A stretch of DNA of 50,244 bases from a virus (lineage: Duplodnaviria; Caudoviricetes): positions 1 through 50,244 of IMG/VR virus record IMGVR_UViG_3300002307_000073; one strand, 5' to 3'. Both the position numbers and the translations under genes were made by a program. The stretch's first letter is position 1. Every line of letters begins with the position of its first letter. This document shows, piece by piece, positions 1-9,719 of the stretch. Under the pieces are notes generated by a model. The model had not been told where the DNA came from. It did no database searches and saw only the letters and a list, made by a program, of their open reading frames with translations.

Positions 1-23
1 GTTGTTGTCGCATTGGCATTGAC
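1..23. repeat. 23-nt terminal direct repeat (left copy), GTTGTTGTCGCATTGGCATTGAC
   Basis: Identical to 50222-50244. Confidence 0.95.
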
Positions 24-323
24 TGCTCCGGAAATAAAGTTGACTATTCCAGTCCCTGCCCCAAATCCAGATCCAGAAAAACTTAATGTAGATGTATTTC
101 CAGAATATATAGTTCCAGATATAGAAGAAACTGTTGGGGTTTTTACTGATACTTTTAACCAACCTTGAGATGTATAATTTTCAAACGCATCTTTATCAGT
201 ATTATAATATAAAGTACCAACCCCAGAATTTAACGGTCTACTAGCAGTATTACCTGTTGGAACTTTAATATATGTGGAAGATATTGTCGTATTTGAGGTG
301 CTATCACCAGTTATAATAGGCAT
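1..323 (-). CDS. 5' part of a glycine-rich tail fibre/adhesin gene that continues across the contig join into 49195-50244 (predicted 449 aa in total)
   Basis: ATG at 323-321 overlaps the TAA of the upstream gene (TAATG). Open frame MPIITGDSTSNTTISSTYIKVPTGNTASRPLNSGVGTLYYNTDKDAFENY... runs to position 1. The P.G.TA.RP...YNT...FE.Y motif recurs in other fibre genes here. Not in the ORF track. Confidence 0.85.
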   Translation of the reverse strand, partial: MPIITGDSTSNTTISSTYIKVPTGNTASRPLNSGVGTLYYNTDKDAFENYTSQGWLKVSVKTPTVSSISGTIYSGNTSTLSFSGSGFGAGTGIVNFISGAVNANATT

Positions 324-3300
324 TATACTTCCTCCAATTTAATTTTATATCTTTTTCCAGTTTTATTATTAATCATAAAAATATTATCTTCTCCTTCTTG
401 GAGTGTCCAATTTCCAGTTGTTCCATCTATAATATTCCCAACTGTACCTTCATTTGAAAAATGCATGTCGGCAGTGTATAGATTTGCCCAACGATATGAC
501 GGTGAACCTAGATTATATGTATTATCGGTTATTGGTAAAGTATTTCCAGAAGTAAATGTTCCATTAACATTCAGTCCTCCAGTCATATTACCGCCAGTAA
601 TTGGAACCACATTTGATAGAGATGTTGAATTTAAACCAACAACATCAACAATAGAATTTGCTATTGCTGGTAGATTTAATACAACACTGGTTCCAGAACT
701 TATATTAACATCGGTTCCATTTAATAATTTAGCACCGTTTAAGAAAACATCAACTAAACCAGCACTATATCCACCAGTTATTGTAAATGATGTTTGATTT
801 GCGGAGGCGATAAAAGTTTGTCTGACAGGAACCGATAATAATCCTGCTTGATTTGGGGATGCTTCAACCCACTGACTATTAGTTCCATCAAAATAATATA
901 CAAACAGTTTGCCAAGATCACTATTCCACCATAGATTTCCTTGTTGTAGGTTTAGTGGAGCAGTATTTCCAACAGCAACAGCACCACCAATTGATCCCCA
1001 ACCAGATGTTGTATATCCTTCAAAACTACTCGTATTTGAATTATATCTGAAATATCCAACCGAAGGAGAAATATCTCTTTGTGATGTCATTCCAACAGGA
1101 ATTATCGCAGAACCATTACTTGATGTTTTTTGGACTGCTCCGTTTGCTTGAGCGAATGCTCCGTTTGCCCTATCAAATGCTGTATATGCCGTAGTTAGGG
1201 CAATTTGATTTTGAACAACAGATGGATTTGGAATAGCATCAACCCATTGAGAACTATCAATATCAGTATAGTAAATTCTTAGAGTACCTTCCCCATCAGA
1301 ACTATCCCACCACAGATTACCAGCAGTTGGTGTTGCTGGAGCTGTATTTGCTATTGTTACTGATGCGCCGCCGCCTCCAGAAACGGATACATATGCCCAA
1401 CTACCATCTCCGCGAAGATATGTATTAGCATTAGCAGTACCACTACCTAAAAGTGAAACTGAAACGGTTCCTGTGGAAAGGTATGATGCGTTTGCTGCAT
1501 TTATATTTGCGGTGTTTGCTTGGGTAAATGCTGAAGTAATATTAGTGTTCTGAGTTTTATCAACCCCTTGGATTAATACTGTATTAGAGATAGCATTATT
1601 TGCTTGGGTAAATGCTGATTGACCAATAGTGGTGGCAGTATTTGCTTGAGTAAATGCTGAAGAAATTAACCCCGTGTAATAGCTAGCATTTTGTCCATTC
1701 AATAGTTCTGAATTTAAATTAGCAACTAAAACATTCGATGTTGTATAGATTTTACCAAAATATGAATTATTTGCTTGAAAATCGGCAATTCTAAAAGTTG
1801 AATTACTAGTATCAATATATGGAGACGCATCGGGTTCTGGTTGATAATTATCAAATACTTTCCAAATACCATCAGAAGCATCTCTAAAGAAACCAGCATG
1901 ATGGTATGTTCCATCATTATAATTGCCAGCGATTCCCAAATCTGGATTAGCAGTGTTTCCATCAGAGTTAAGATAAATCATATTATCTTTTACTGACAGA
2001 TTATTTGCCGATATTGTGGTTACGTTACCGGAGAATATTACATTACCAGTTACAGTTAAATTGGAAGATATTGTAACTGCACCAGTTATATTTCCACCAG
2101 AAGTATTGAACTTCGTATTTGCGGTATCATAAGCAGAGTTTGCTTGCCTAAAAGCACTATTAATATTAGTATTCTGAGTAGCATCAACACTTTGGATTAA
2201 AACAGTATTTGAGATCGCATTGTTTGCTTGAGTAAAGGCAGAACTTATATTTGTGTTTTGAGTACCATCTACACCTTGAATTAATATTGTATTAGAGATG
2301 GCATTGTTTGCTTGGGTAAATGCTGATATAATATTGGTGTTCTGAGTGTTATCAACCCCTTGGATTAATACTGTATTAGAGATAGCACTATTTGCTTGGG
2401 TAAATGCTGATATAATATTGGTGTTCTGAGTAGCATCAACACTTTGTATTAATATTGTATTAGAAATCGCATTGTTTGCTTGAGTAAATGCCGATTGTCC
2501 AATAGTGGTGGCACTATTTGCTTGAGTAAATGCTGAAGTAATATTAGTGTTCTGAGTGTTATCAACCCCTTGAATCAATACTGTATTAGAGATAGCATTA
2601 TTTGCTTGAGCAAAGGCAGAACTTATATTGGTGTTCTGGGTAGCATCTACTGTTTGGATTAAAACAGTATTTGAGATCGCATTGTTTGCTTGAGCAAATG
2701 CTGATGTAATATTTGTGTTTTGAGTATTATCTACTGACTGTATTAGGACAGTATTTGAAATCGCATTGTTTGCTTGAGCAAATGCCGATTGTCCAATAGT
2801 GGTGGCACTATTCGCTTGAGTAAACGCACTATTAATATTAGTATTCTGAGTAGCATCTACTGTTTGGATTAAAACAGTATTTGAGATGGCATTGTTTGCT
2901 TGGGCAAAGGCAGAACTTATATTTGTGTTTTGTGTTACATCAACACTTTGTATCAATACTGTATTAGAAATAGCATTGTTTGCTTGAGTAAATGCTGATG
3001 TAATATTAGTATTCTGAGTGTTATCAACACCTTGAATTAATATTGTATTAGAAATAGCATTGTTTGCGGTAATTAGTGCTAAATTAGCAGATGCTGCAAT
3101 TCCATTTGCTACATTTAGTGCTGTATTTGCGGCAATCCAAACTGGTGCTGCATCATATTGATCCGATCCCCAATATTGAATTGAAATTGAATCGTTTGCG
3201 CTCGCTCCAGAATTTAATGTGACATTAGTACCTCCGGAAGCAACATACTCGGTTTTACTTAATAATATTCCATTTCTATATACATTGACAAATCCAGATG

Positions 3301-4318
3301 TATATGTGTTTGCTGTTATAAATGATGTTTGATTATTTGAGGCAACAAACTCATCAACCTTCAGGGTTGAGGTTAAATAAATTGATCTATCAAAATACCA
3401 TTTATTAACAACAACATCATCTCCCCCACCTGCTGGAGTTGTTAATATTATTGTTGATCCGTTATTTGCGGTATATTCTATTTGTGGTAATAATACTCCA
3501 TTAACATATACACTTACATACCCAACACTATATCCATCAGTTATAGTAAATATTGTTTGGTTGTTAGAGGCAACAAAATCTTGTGATTTATAATTTGTTG
3601 TCAAAAATCCGGTTGTTTGTTTACTATTTGCGGTATTTGCCAAATTATAAACAAAGTTTAATGCGTTGGCAGTTGGGGATAATGTTATTGAGGTTGAATC
3701 ATAACTATCATATAATTGAATAACCCCATTTTGTGATGTTGTTGCTGATCTTACACCAATAGTAATTTTATTATTAACAGAATCAGAATCAATTACAATT
3801 GCTCCATTACTTTGTAATGAAAGAGTATCTGAATTTGATTTTGATGTTAATAATGTTGAATTTACATTTAATATTGAGAACGCATTTGTTGTTGCTACAT
3901 TTGCCTTTATAAATGCTGCTGTAATATTAGTATTCTGAGTATTATCTACACCTTGAATTAAAATAGTATTAGAGATAGCATTATTTGCTTGAGTAAATGC
4001 GGAAGTAATATTTGTGTTTTGAGTAGCATCTACTGACTGTATTAAAACAGTATTAGAGATAGCATTATTTGCTTGAGTAAATGCGGATTGACCAACGATT
4101 GTTGCTGTATTTGCTTGAGAATATGATGCTCGTGCGATTATGTTGGCACTGTTTGCCATTTCATAATCGGATAATGTTATTATATTTCCTAATGAATGTT
4201 TAGAAAATATTTTAGCATCGGAGAGGTTGAGTGCTAACTCACCAATGTCTAGATCACCAGATGCCGGGATTTTTCCGGGTACTACTGATCTTTTTAATTG
4301 GAATTTAGTATTTGCCAT
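323..4318 (-). CDS. Long tail fibre protein (1331 aa) with Mtd_N-like N-terminus, beta-sandwich repeats, coiled-coil repeats and a fibre-type C-terminus
   Basis: N-terminal QLKRS..PGKIP...L..GELALN motif. Three F.A...QT.F....Y..G.V.V(Y/F).NG.(L/K)L modules, 28-aa heptad repeats, YLRGDGSW motif, C-terminal GNWTLQEGEDNIFMINNKTGKRYKI. Confidence 0.8.
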   Translation of the reverse strand: MANTKFQLKRSVVPGKIPASGDLDIGELALNLSDAKIFSKHSLGNIITLSDYEMANSANIIARASYSQANTATIVGQSAFTQANNAISNTVLIQSVDATQNTNITSAFTQANNAISNTILIQGVDNTQNTNITAAFIKANVATTNAFSILNVNSTLLTSKSNSDTLSLQSNGAIVIDSDSVNNKITIGVRSATTSQNGVIQLYDSYDSTSITLSPTANALNFVYNLANTANSKQTTGFLTTNYKSQDFVASNNQTIFTITDGYSVGYVSVYVNGVLLPQIEYTANNGSTIILTTPAGGGDDVVVNKWYFDRSIYLTSTLKVDEFVASNNQTSFITANTYTSGFVNVYRNGILLSKTEYVASGGTNVTLNSGASANDSISIQYWGSDQYDAAPVWIAANTALNVANGIAASANLALITANNAISNTILIQGVDNTQNTNITSAFTQANNAISNTVLIQSVDVTQNTNISSAFAQANNAISNTVLIQTVDATQNTNINSAFTQANSATTIGQSAFAQANNAISNTVLIQSVDNTQNTNITSAFAQANNAISNTVLIQTVDATQNTNISSAFAQANNAISNTVLIQGVDNTQNTNITSAFTQANSATTIGQSAFTQANNAISNTILIQSVDATQNTNIISAFTQANSAISNTVLIQGVDNTQNTNIISAFTQANNAISNTILIQGVDGTQNTNISSAFTQANNAISNTVLIQSVDATQNTNINSAFRQANSAYDTANTKFNTSGGNITGAVTISSNLTVTGNVIFSGNVTTISANNLSVKDNMIYLNSDGNTANPDLGIAGNYNDGTYHHAGFFRDASDGIWKVFDNYQPEPDASPYIDTSNSTFRIADFQANNSYFGKIYTTSNVLVANLNSELLNGQNASYYTGLISSAFTQANTATTIGQSAFTQANNAISNTVLIQGVDKTQNTNITSAFTQANTANINAANASYLSTGTVSVSLLGSGTANANTYLRGDGSWAYVSVSGGGGASVTIANTAPATPTAGNLWWDSSDGEGTLRIYYTDIDSSQWVDAIPNPSVVQNQIALTTAYTAFDRANGAFAQANGAVQKTSSNGSAIIPVGMTSQRDISPSVGYFRYNSNTSSFEGYTTSGWGSIGGAVAVGNTAPLNLQQGNLWWNSDLGKLFVYYFDGTNSQWVEASPNQAGLLSVPVRQTFIASANQTSFTITGGYSAGLVDVFLNGAKLLNGTDVNISSGTSVVLNLPAIANSIVDVVGLNSTSLSNVVPITGGNMTGGLNVNGTFTSGNTLPITDNTYNLGSPSYRWANLYTADMHFSNEGTVGNIIDGTTGNWTLQEGEDNIFMINNKTGKRYKIKLEEV
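2140..3070 (-). repeat. Coding tandem array: ten 84-bp units (ANNAISNTVLIQxVDxTQNTNIxSAFxQ) with two 42-bp spacers (ANSATTIGQSAFxQ)
   Basis: Read directly in protein and DNA. Further copies lie at ~3910-4110 (two) and ~1510-1660 (one). Confidence 0.9.
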
Positions 4319-4319
4319 T

Positions 4320-4354
4320 TGGTATTTACCAGTAAAACCATCCTATATAGGATG
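4320..4354 (-). promoter_or_regulatory. Two adjacent inverted repeats immediately upstream of the long fibre start codon
   Basis: Perfect palindrome CATCCTATATAGGATG (4339-4354) and TGGTA-TT-TACCA (4320-4331). Function inferred only. Confidence 0.4.
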
Positions 4355-4368
4355 ATTATTGTTGTCAA

Positions 4369-4914
4369 CTAAAATGTATCATCAGAAGATATTTCTTCTT
4401 TTGTTTGCTCCTTCGCAATAATAATTTTTTTATTTGTTTTATCTTGCTTTTTAGGTATTACTTTCTCCGATTCATATTTAGAAGTTAGAGATTGTATTTC
4501 TTTATCTTTCTTATTTATTTTTACTTCAAAATCAGAAGATATAGATTGTAATTCTTTATCTTTATTATTTATCTGCGATTCTAGATCAGAAATTTTTTGA
4601 TTGGAGGTATCCATATCATTAGATAGGTTAAATATAATATTATCTTTTTCTGATACTAAATTTTCAAAACTTGACTTTTCTCTTGATAATTTTTCAACCT
4701 GAGAATTTAAAGCTTCAATCATGTTTTGTAATCTTTCATGAGTTTGTCCAGAAGAAGAGGTTTCGTTACTCTTCTGCTCAAGCAATCTTTTTAATTCTTC
4801 AACTTCTTCTCTATCAACTCTACTTTGCGCTTGAAAAACAATATTTTTCCCAAGCGCATCATGTAAAGTTCCGGTTAATGTTTCAATGTAATAATTAGTA
4901 AATTTTTCACTCAT
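4369..4914 (-). CDS. Coiled-coil hypothetical protein (possible fibre assembly factor)
   Basis: 181 aa, rich in E/K/S/N with a heptad pattern; lies between fibre genes. Confidence 0.6.
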   Translation of the reverse strand: MSEKFTNYYIETLTGTLHDALGKNIVFQAQSRVDREEVEELKRLLEQKSNETSSSGQTHERLQNMIEALNSQVEKLSREKSSFENLVSEKDNIIFNLSNDMDTSNQKISDLESQINNKDKELQSISSDFEVKINKKDKEIQSLTSKYESEKVIPKKQDKTNKKIIIAKEQTKEEISSDDTF

Positions 4915-4934
4915 AATATACCTTTAGTTAATAA

Positions 4935-6446
4935 TTAGAAATTTCCGCCGTCAAGAGTTGAAAAAGAAATTCCCGCAGATGTTGAATATTGTAATACATG
5001 ACCATCAGATGGGGTATTGGTATATGACATTGCGGTCCCAGTTCCAGAATAGTATAGAACGGAGTTTGCTGTTACTGAGGTGATTCCCAAACCACCACCA
5101 GTCATGGTTAATGTTCCGAATGTTGGGGTTCCAGTTCCCCCAGAAATAAATGCTTGCCCAGAACTTCCAACGGAACTGAATGTATATGATGTTCCGTTAC
5201 TGAATGCTATTGAACCAGCAGAACCCAATGTTCCATTATTTGTACCACCATTTGGAATTGGAAGAATTCCAGAAACATGGGTTGTTAAATCAACTTTACC
5301 ATATGAAGGAGTTGATCCAGAAAGTAAAACATTTCCAGAAGATGCTGCTGCTAATTTGCTTAGAGTATTTGCTGCCGAAGCATATAGAATATCACCTGTT
5401 GTATAACTTCTTAATCCAGTACCACCATCGGTTGTAGCAACCGCAGATTTTAGATTAGAAACCGTTCCTTGGGTAATATTGGCAACCAAGGTTGCTGTTG
5501 TAAATCCATTTGAAGTTGGAGAAACGGTATTATATTCATCAAGTTCATCACTAACCCCAGAAAATAGATAGAATGTATTTGATTGTGGTTGTCTGAATAA
5601 ACCAGTATGTAATTGTGAAACTCCATCAAAATAGTTTGCAGCAAAACCAATTGGAACAATATCTGAAGTATAGTTATTGGCAGCAAGATAAATTAGTGGA
5701 TCAGAAATCTTATATGTTTCAACATTGATATAAGATGTATTGCCAGTAAATGTGGTATTACCAGAAACACTGAAATCCCCAATAACACTGAATGTTCCTG
5801 TTTTTGTTTGGTTTCCAGTTGTTCTAATGACGGTATTATCAACATCCACAGTAACATTATTATTTGTTACTGTACTGGTAATACCATCTCCACCAGTGAA
5901 TGTTAGTGTTTCGCCATTATTAAATAGATCTGTTCCTGTATCACCAGCAATGGTGAATGAACTTGATACGGCAACGTTTGCTGCCGATGTGACTAATCCT
6001 TTAGCATTTACTGTAAATACTGGAATATTGGTTGTTCCACCAAAGGTTCCCAAATTAGAGTTTACTGTAGCAAGAGTTAATGCTACATTTGAGTCTGCTG
6101 TACCATCAGCAGTTGCTGTACCAGAAGCATCTCCAGAAACATTAATATTTCTTGTGGTTTGCCATCTCGTTGCTGTATTAGCATTACCAAACAAATTGGC
6201 AGTAATATTTCCAGCAGAAAAGTTGCCAGAAGCATCTCTTTTTACTAAAGTACTTGAAGTATTAAGAGAAGTTGCAGCATCAATAATTTGGTTGTAAGTA
6301 TTTCCTCCAATCGCAATGACAGTATTTGAGGAATTACCAATATATAATTTTTGAGATTGAAAAGAATATGCTAACTCACCATATTGTAACGACCCTGGTT
6401 CTGCGGTGCTACCTGAGCGTTTAATTTGAATTACTGTATTAGACAT
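4935..6446 (-). CDS. Tail fibre / virion structural protein with Mtd_N-like N-terminus
   Basis: IQIKRSGSTAEPGSLQYGELAYS start, VKRDASGNFSAGNITA and GGTG...YTTGDILYASAANTLSKL fibre motifs, C-terminal LDGGNF. Confidence 0.75.
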   Translation of the reverse strand: MSNTVIQIKRSGSTAEPGSLQYGELAYSFQSQKLYIGNSSNTVIAIGGNTYNQIIDAATSLNTSSTLVKRDASGNFSAGNITANLFGNANTATRWQTTRNINVSGDASGTATADGTADSNVALTLATVNSNLGTFGGTTNIPVFTVNAKGLVTSAANVAVSSSFTIAGDTGTDLFNNGETLTFTGGDGITSTVTNNNVTVDVDNTVIRTTGNQTKTGTFSVIGDFSVSGNTTFTGNTSYINVETYKISDPLIYLAANNYTSDIVPIGFAANYFDGVSQLHTGLFRQPQSNTFYLFSGVSDELDEYNTVSPTSNGFTTATLVANITQGTVSNLKSAVATTDGGTGLRSYTTGDILYASAANTLSKLAAASSGNVLLSGSTPSYGKVDLTTHVSGILPIPNGGTNNGTLGSAGSIAFSNGTSYTFSSVGSSGQAFISGGTGTPTFGTLTMTGGGLGITSVTANSVLYYSGTGTAMSYTNTPSDGHVLQYSTSAGISFSTLDGGNF

Positions 6447-6483
6447 TTGTTAAAACTCCGGAGGATTTTGAATATATATTTTG

Positions 6484-6491
6484 TATTTATG
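6484..6491 (-). promoter_or_regulatory. T4-type late promoter variant (CATAAATA)
   Basis: Intergenic, ~40 nt upstream of the 4935..6446 start; one mismatch to T4 TATAAATA. Confidence 0.55.
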
Positions 6492-6518
6492 TAATCTTAT
6501 TTTTAACTTTTTTGTTGT

Positions 6519-7772
6519 CTATGCTGTATAACTGCCGGAAGAAGTAAAGGTGTGGATAGTGTAACCACCAGAAGACGTGACGGTTCCTCCGGTTCCTCGT
6601 TGGGTGCCTGCATATCGAATAATGACGATGCCGGAACCACCAGCACCAGAATTTGCTCCAGTGCCATTGTTTCCTCCGCCACCACCGCCACCGCCAGTAT
6701 TTACTGTTCCGACACTTCCTGCGGTTCCGCCTGTGCCGCCATTACCACCACCGCCGCTTCCGCCGCTTCCGCCCGAGGAAGAGTTAAGGGCACCGCCACC
6801 ACCTCCTGCGTAGTAAGTGCCGAGAGACTGCCAATTTAATCCGGCTCCGCCAGCTGTTCCCGATCCTGCCGCACCTGCACCGCCGCCGCCTCCAGAGTTG
6901 TAGGTAGATACAGCTCCCGCACCAGCGTTACCTTGCCCAGAAGTTCCAGAACCGGATACACCAGAAGAAGCAGCGTTACCACCAGCACCCCCACCAGAAC
7001 CTCCAGAACCTCCGTTTGCAACTCCATTTGTTGCTGCCCCACCATATCCACCACCAATTGAGGTCGTTGCACTAAAAGATGAATTTGATCCGTTTGATCC
7101 AGGGTTTGCATTACCCGTCCCTCCTGGACCTGTGGTAGAAGCACCTCCAGCACCAATAGTCACCGTATATAAACCAAGGGGATTAACTGTCAATGAGGAT
7201 GTAACATACCCTCCTGCACCGCCCCCACCGCCTGGACCATTACCACCAGAACCCGCACCTCCCGAGGCACCTCCGGCAACAACCAGATAGTCAATCGAAT
7301 ATGATTGAATAAGGTATCCAGCATTTCCAATAGACACGGCAACCCATCCTTGGGATGAGTCCACATAGACCAAAGAAATAGCCGCTCGATTCGTTAATAT
7401 AACAGCACTAGACGCCCCCCCATTGATCTTCCCGCCATTTGGGTTGATCGTAATGCCGTTAGTAGCAGCAGTCCCACCATAATCAAATATATTGACCTGT
7501 TGACCAGCAACTGGTGATGATGGTAAAGTGACAGTAATTGCTCCATTTGAAGTATTAACTGGATATGATCTCCCAGCAACCGCAGTAAAATTAGCAGTTT
7601 GTACAGATTGTAGAGACATGGAAGCAGAATTTGCCGCAGCATATGCGGAATTTGCTACATCATACGCATAATTATTTGCCCAAGCGATTGAAGTATTTGA
7701 TATTGTTAATATCTTTCCACTACTATTTGCTAGACTTGATGGTAATATTGATAATAATCTTGAATTTGACAT
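6519..7772 (-). CDS. Glycine-rich putative receptor-binding/adhesin protein
   Basis: N-terminal fibre module (FTAVAGRSYPVNTSNGAITVTLPSSP), then YLVVAGG...polyglycine...GGSGIVIIRY...YTIHTFTSSG domain. Confidence 0.75.
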   Translation of the reverse strand: MSNSRLLSILPSSLANSSGKILTISNTSIAWANNYAYDVANSAYAAANSASMSLQSVQTANFTAVAGRSYPVNTSNGAITVTLPSSPVAGQQVNIFDYGGTAATNGITINPNGGKINGGASSAVILTNRAAISLVYVDSSQGWVAVSIGNAGYLIQSYSIDYLVVAGGASGGAGSGGNGPGGGGGAGGYVTSSLTVNPLGLYTVTIGAGGASTTGPGGTGNANPGSNGSNSSFSATTSIGGGYGGAATNGVANGGSGGSGGGAGGNAASSGVSGSGTSGQGNAGAGAVSTYNSGGGGGAGAAGSGTAGGAGLNWQSLGTYYAGGGGGALNSSSGGSGGSGGGGNGGTGGTAGSVGTVNTGGGGGGGGNNGTGANSGAGGSGIVIIRYAGTQRGTGGTVTSSGGYTIHTFTSSGSYTA

Positions 7773-7774
7773 AA

Positions 7775-8065
7775 TTAAAATGTTCCTGCGTCAATACTAC
7801 TAACATTAATGTTTTGAAAAGTTAATTGAGTACTTTCATATTTACTAGTATCTGAATTATAAATCAACAAATCATTATTAATAGGGGTCAAAGCAGAAAC
7901 ATCTGCCAAATCCCTAATTCTACTAATTGGAGATGGTTTTGCTAATTTAACCAAATAATCTTGTTGAGTTCCAAGTTTAACATTAATTGTAGAATCATAA
8001 GTTATAGAATCAACTCTTATTGGATTTTGACTATTTACCTTAACTGATACTGCTCTCAATGCCAT
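7775..8065 (-). CDS. Small virion structural/hypothetical protein
   Basis: 96 aa with L.DV...N..LL.YN...KY motif and IDAGTF end; tightly packed in the operon. Confidence 0.6.
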   Translation of the reverse strand: MALRAVSVKVNSQNPIRVDSITYDSTINVKLGTQQDYLVKLAKPSPISRIRDLADVSALTPINNDLLIYNSDTSKYESTQLTFQNINVSSIDAGTF

Positions 8066-8076
8066 TATAGTATTCC

Positions 8077-8415
8077 TTATATTTTTGTTGAACTTGGATC
8101 AACATATAAAATACCTTCTAGAATTTTAGATCTGGTATTGCTAACACGACTAGTTAAAAATACATCATAGACATATCTACCAGAAGCAACATTTTGTGTT
8201 ACTGGAGATGTTAACGAAATTGTTAATACATTATTGCTTGTTATTGTTGTATTGAATTGTGCTGTCGTATTGGCAGACCAATATGACTTTCTAATTTGAC
8301 TTTTAACAGAATAGTTTGAAATATCGTATGGAGAATTGTTGATAGAATCTAAAGTAATATCAACAGAAAAGTCTTCTCCTTGTTCTAAAAATAATTCTAG
8401 ATAACCTGCTGACAT
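8077..8415 (-). CDS. Small structural protein (BppU-like beta-sandwich)
   Basis: LFLEQGEDF...QIRKSY...GRYVYDV...KILEGILYVDP pattern seen near T4-like fibre loci. Confidence 0.65.
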   Translation of the reverse strand: MSAGYLELFLEQGEDFSVDITLDSINNSPYDISNYSVKSQIRKSYWSANTTAQFNTTITSNNVLTISLTSPVTQNVASGRYVYDVFLTSRVSNTRSKILEGILYVDPSSTKI

Positions 8416-8448
8416 GGAAATTCCTTTTGGTAAAATTTAATCTATTAT

Positions 8449-8456
8449 TATTTATG
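8449..8456 (-). promoter_or_regulatory. Late promoter variant (CATAAATA)
   Basis: Intergenic, just downstream of a terminator and upstream of 8077..8415. Confidence 0.55.
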
Positions 8457-8472
8457 TATTTTTTAAATGGAG

Positions 8473-8502
8473 AAAAAAATAATGCCAGATTACTCTGGCA
8501 TT
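8473..8502 (-). terminator. Rho-independent terminator
   Basis: 9-bp stem AATGCCAGA/TCTGGCATT, 4-nt loop, then a T-run on the minus strand. Confidence 0.7.
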
Positions 8503-8534
8503 TATATAATTGAATAGTTTGTTTTTGATATAGT

Positions 8535-9719
8535 TTATACTGATGTATAAATTGCTCCGTTATTTGGAGCTGCGGTAGCAACAACAAAACTACCATTGGC
8601 CGAACATCCAACGATGCCATATCCAGCTGAACTTGGATAATAAACATTAGACAAATTGGACGAATATTGATAGAATGCCGTTGCCTTCTTTATAGATGAA
8701 AGTCCAGGATATCCAGCATATATTGTTGACCCATCTCTTGATAAAGTAAAACATATATCATTAGTAACTGGATTTGAATCAAAGTTTCCATAAGTACCAC
8801 CAAATGGAGAAGTATACCAAAGACCGCCACTCTCTGAGGATGCGACAATTTTTGATCCTGATGCGTCTGTTTTTATTCTTTGGATTGAATTGTCTGTGTT
8901 TGGAGATGCTGTCCAAGTAGATCCACCATTGGTTGTATAGTAATAGTCCGCAACTGGGGGTCCGCCATATATCCGCGTTCCTCCATTACCGACTACTATT
9001 CTATTTCCATCATCAGAACATGAAATACTACTAAAATTTACCGTAGCAAGTCCCGTTTCAAGAGACAAAATCGTTGAAAAAGATGATCCATTATCTGTTG
9101 ATTTGTATACTTTACAATAGCGAGTATATGGAGATATTGGGAGATATGATGACCCTGCCATTACAAATAATCCTGGATATGGAGTATAATTTTTTGCGAT
9201 AGCAATGTAAACGGCAGCGAACTCAAAAGTATAAACTTTTGTCCAAAATCCATTGGTTATATATCCAGAATATGTATTTCTCCATAGTCCACGACCTGCC
9301 CCATCATCCCCAATCATATATACCCAATTACCATCATCGGTTATAGCACAACCAAAATATGCGGTTCCTGAAGTATTATCAGATTGAGTTGACCAAGTTC
9401 TTCCATAATCTGTTGAAATAACCACCCACCCAGAACTACTAACTATAACAATATATTGTCCAGTTGATGAAACTGAAATATCATTCCACCTTTCGTATGA
9501 ATTATTTTGGGCAAAACTATTTGTTCTTTTTGCCCAAGTAGATTGTCTTCCATGAAAGGTGTCTATTGAAATAGTTCCCGAGGAAACATTTGCTAATGCC
9601 CTAAAATTAGAATCATTTAGGGATGCGACTTCTGTTCCAGACATTCCTAATTCTAATTCAATGGATTCTCCGGTGACAAGTCCACCAACACTAAGTCTTC
9701 CCGATGCGTTAAGAGGCAT
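8535..9719 (-). CDS. Tail fibre tip/adhesin with Asp-box (BNR) beta-propeller
   Basis: MPLNASGRLSVGG...SIELELG fibre-attachment-type N-terminus. Asp-box motifs STDYGRTW, STDNGSSF, TTNGGSTW. Overlaps the end of the upstream S74 fibre gene. Confidence 0.7.
   Translation of the reverse strand: MPLNASGRLSVGGLVTGESIELELGMSGTEVASLNDSNFRALANVSSGTISIDTFHGRQSTWAKRTNSFAQNNSYERWNDISVSSTGQYIVIVSSSGWVVISTDYGRTWSTQSDNTSGTAYFGCAITDDGNWVYMIGDDGAGRGLWRNTYSGYITNGFWTKVYTFEFAAVYIAIAKNYTPYPGLFVMAGSSYLPISPYTRYCKVYKSTDNGSSFSTILSLETGLATVNFSSISCSDDGNRIVVGNGGTRIYGGPPVADYYYTTNGGSTWTASPNTDNSIQRIKTDASGSKIVASSESGGLWYTSPFGGTYGNFDSNPVTNDICFTLSRDGSTIYAGYPGLSSIKKATAFYQYSSNLSNVYYPSSAGYGIVGCSANGSFVVATAAPNNGAIYTSV

Noticed and set aside
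2140-3070. Regular ~84-bp repeats resembling a CRISPR array
   Set aside because: Units are degenerate at codon third positions, lie in frame within a long ORF and have no unique spacers; no cas operon is present.
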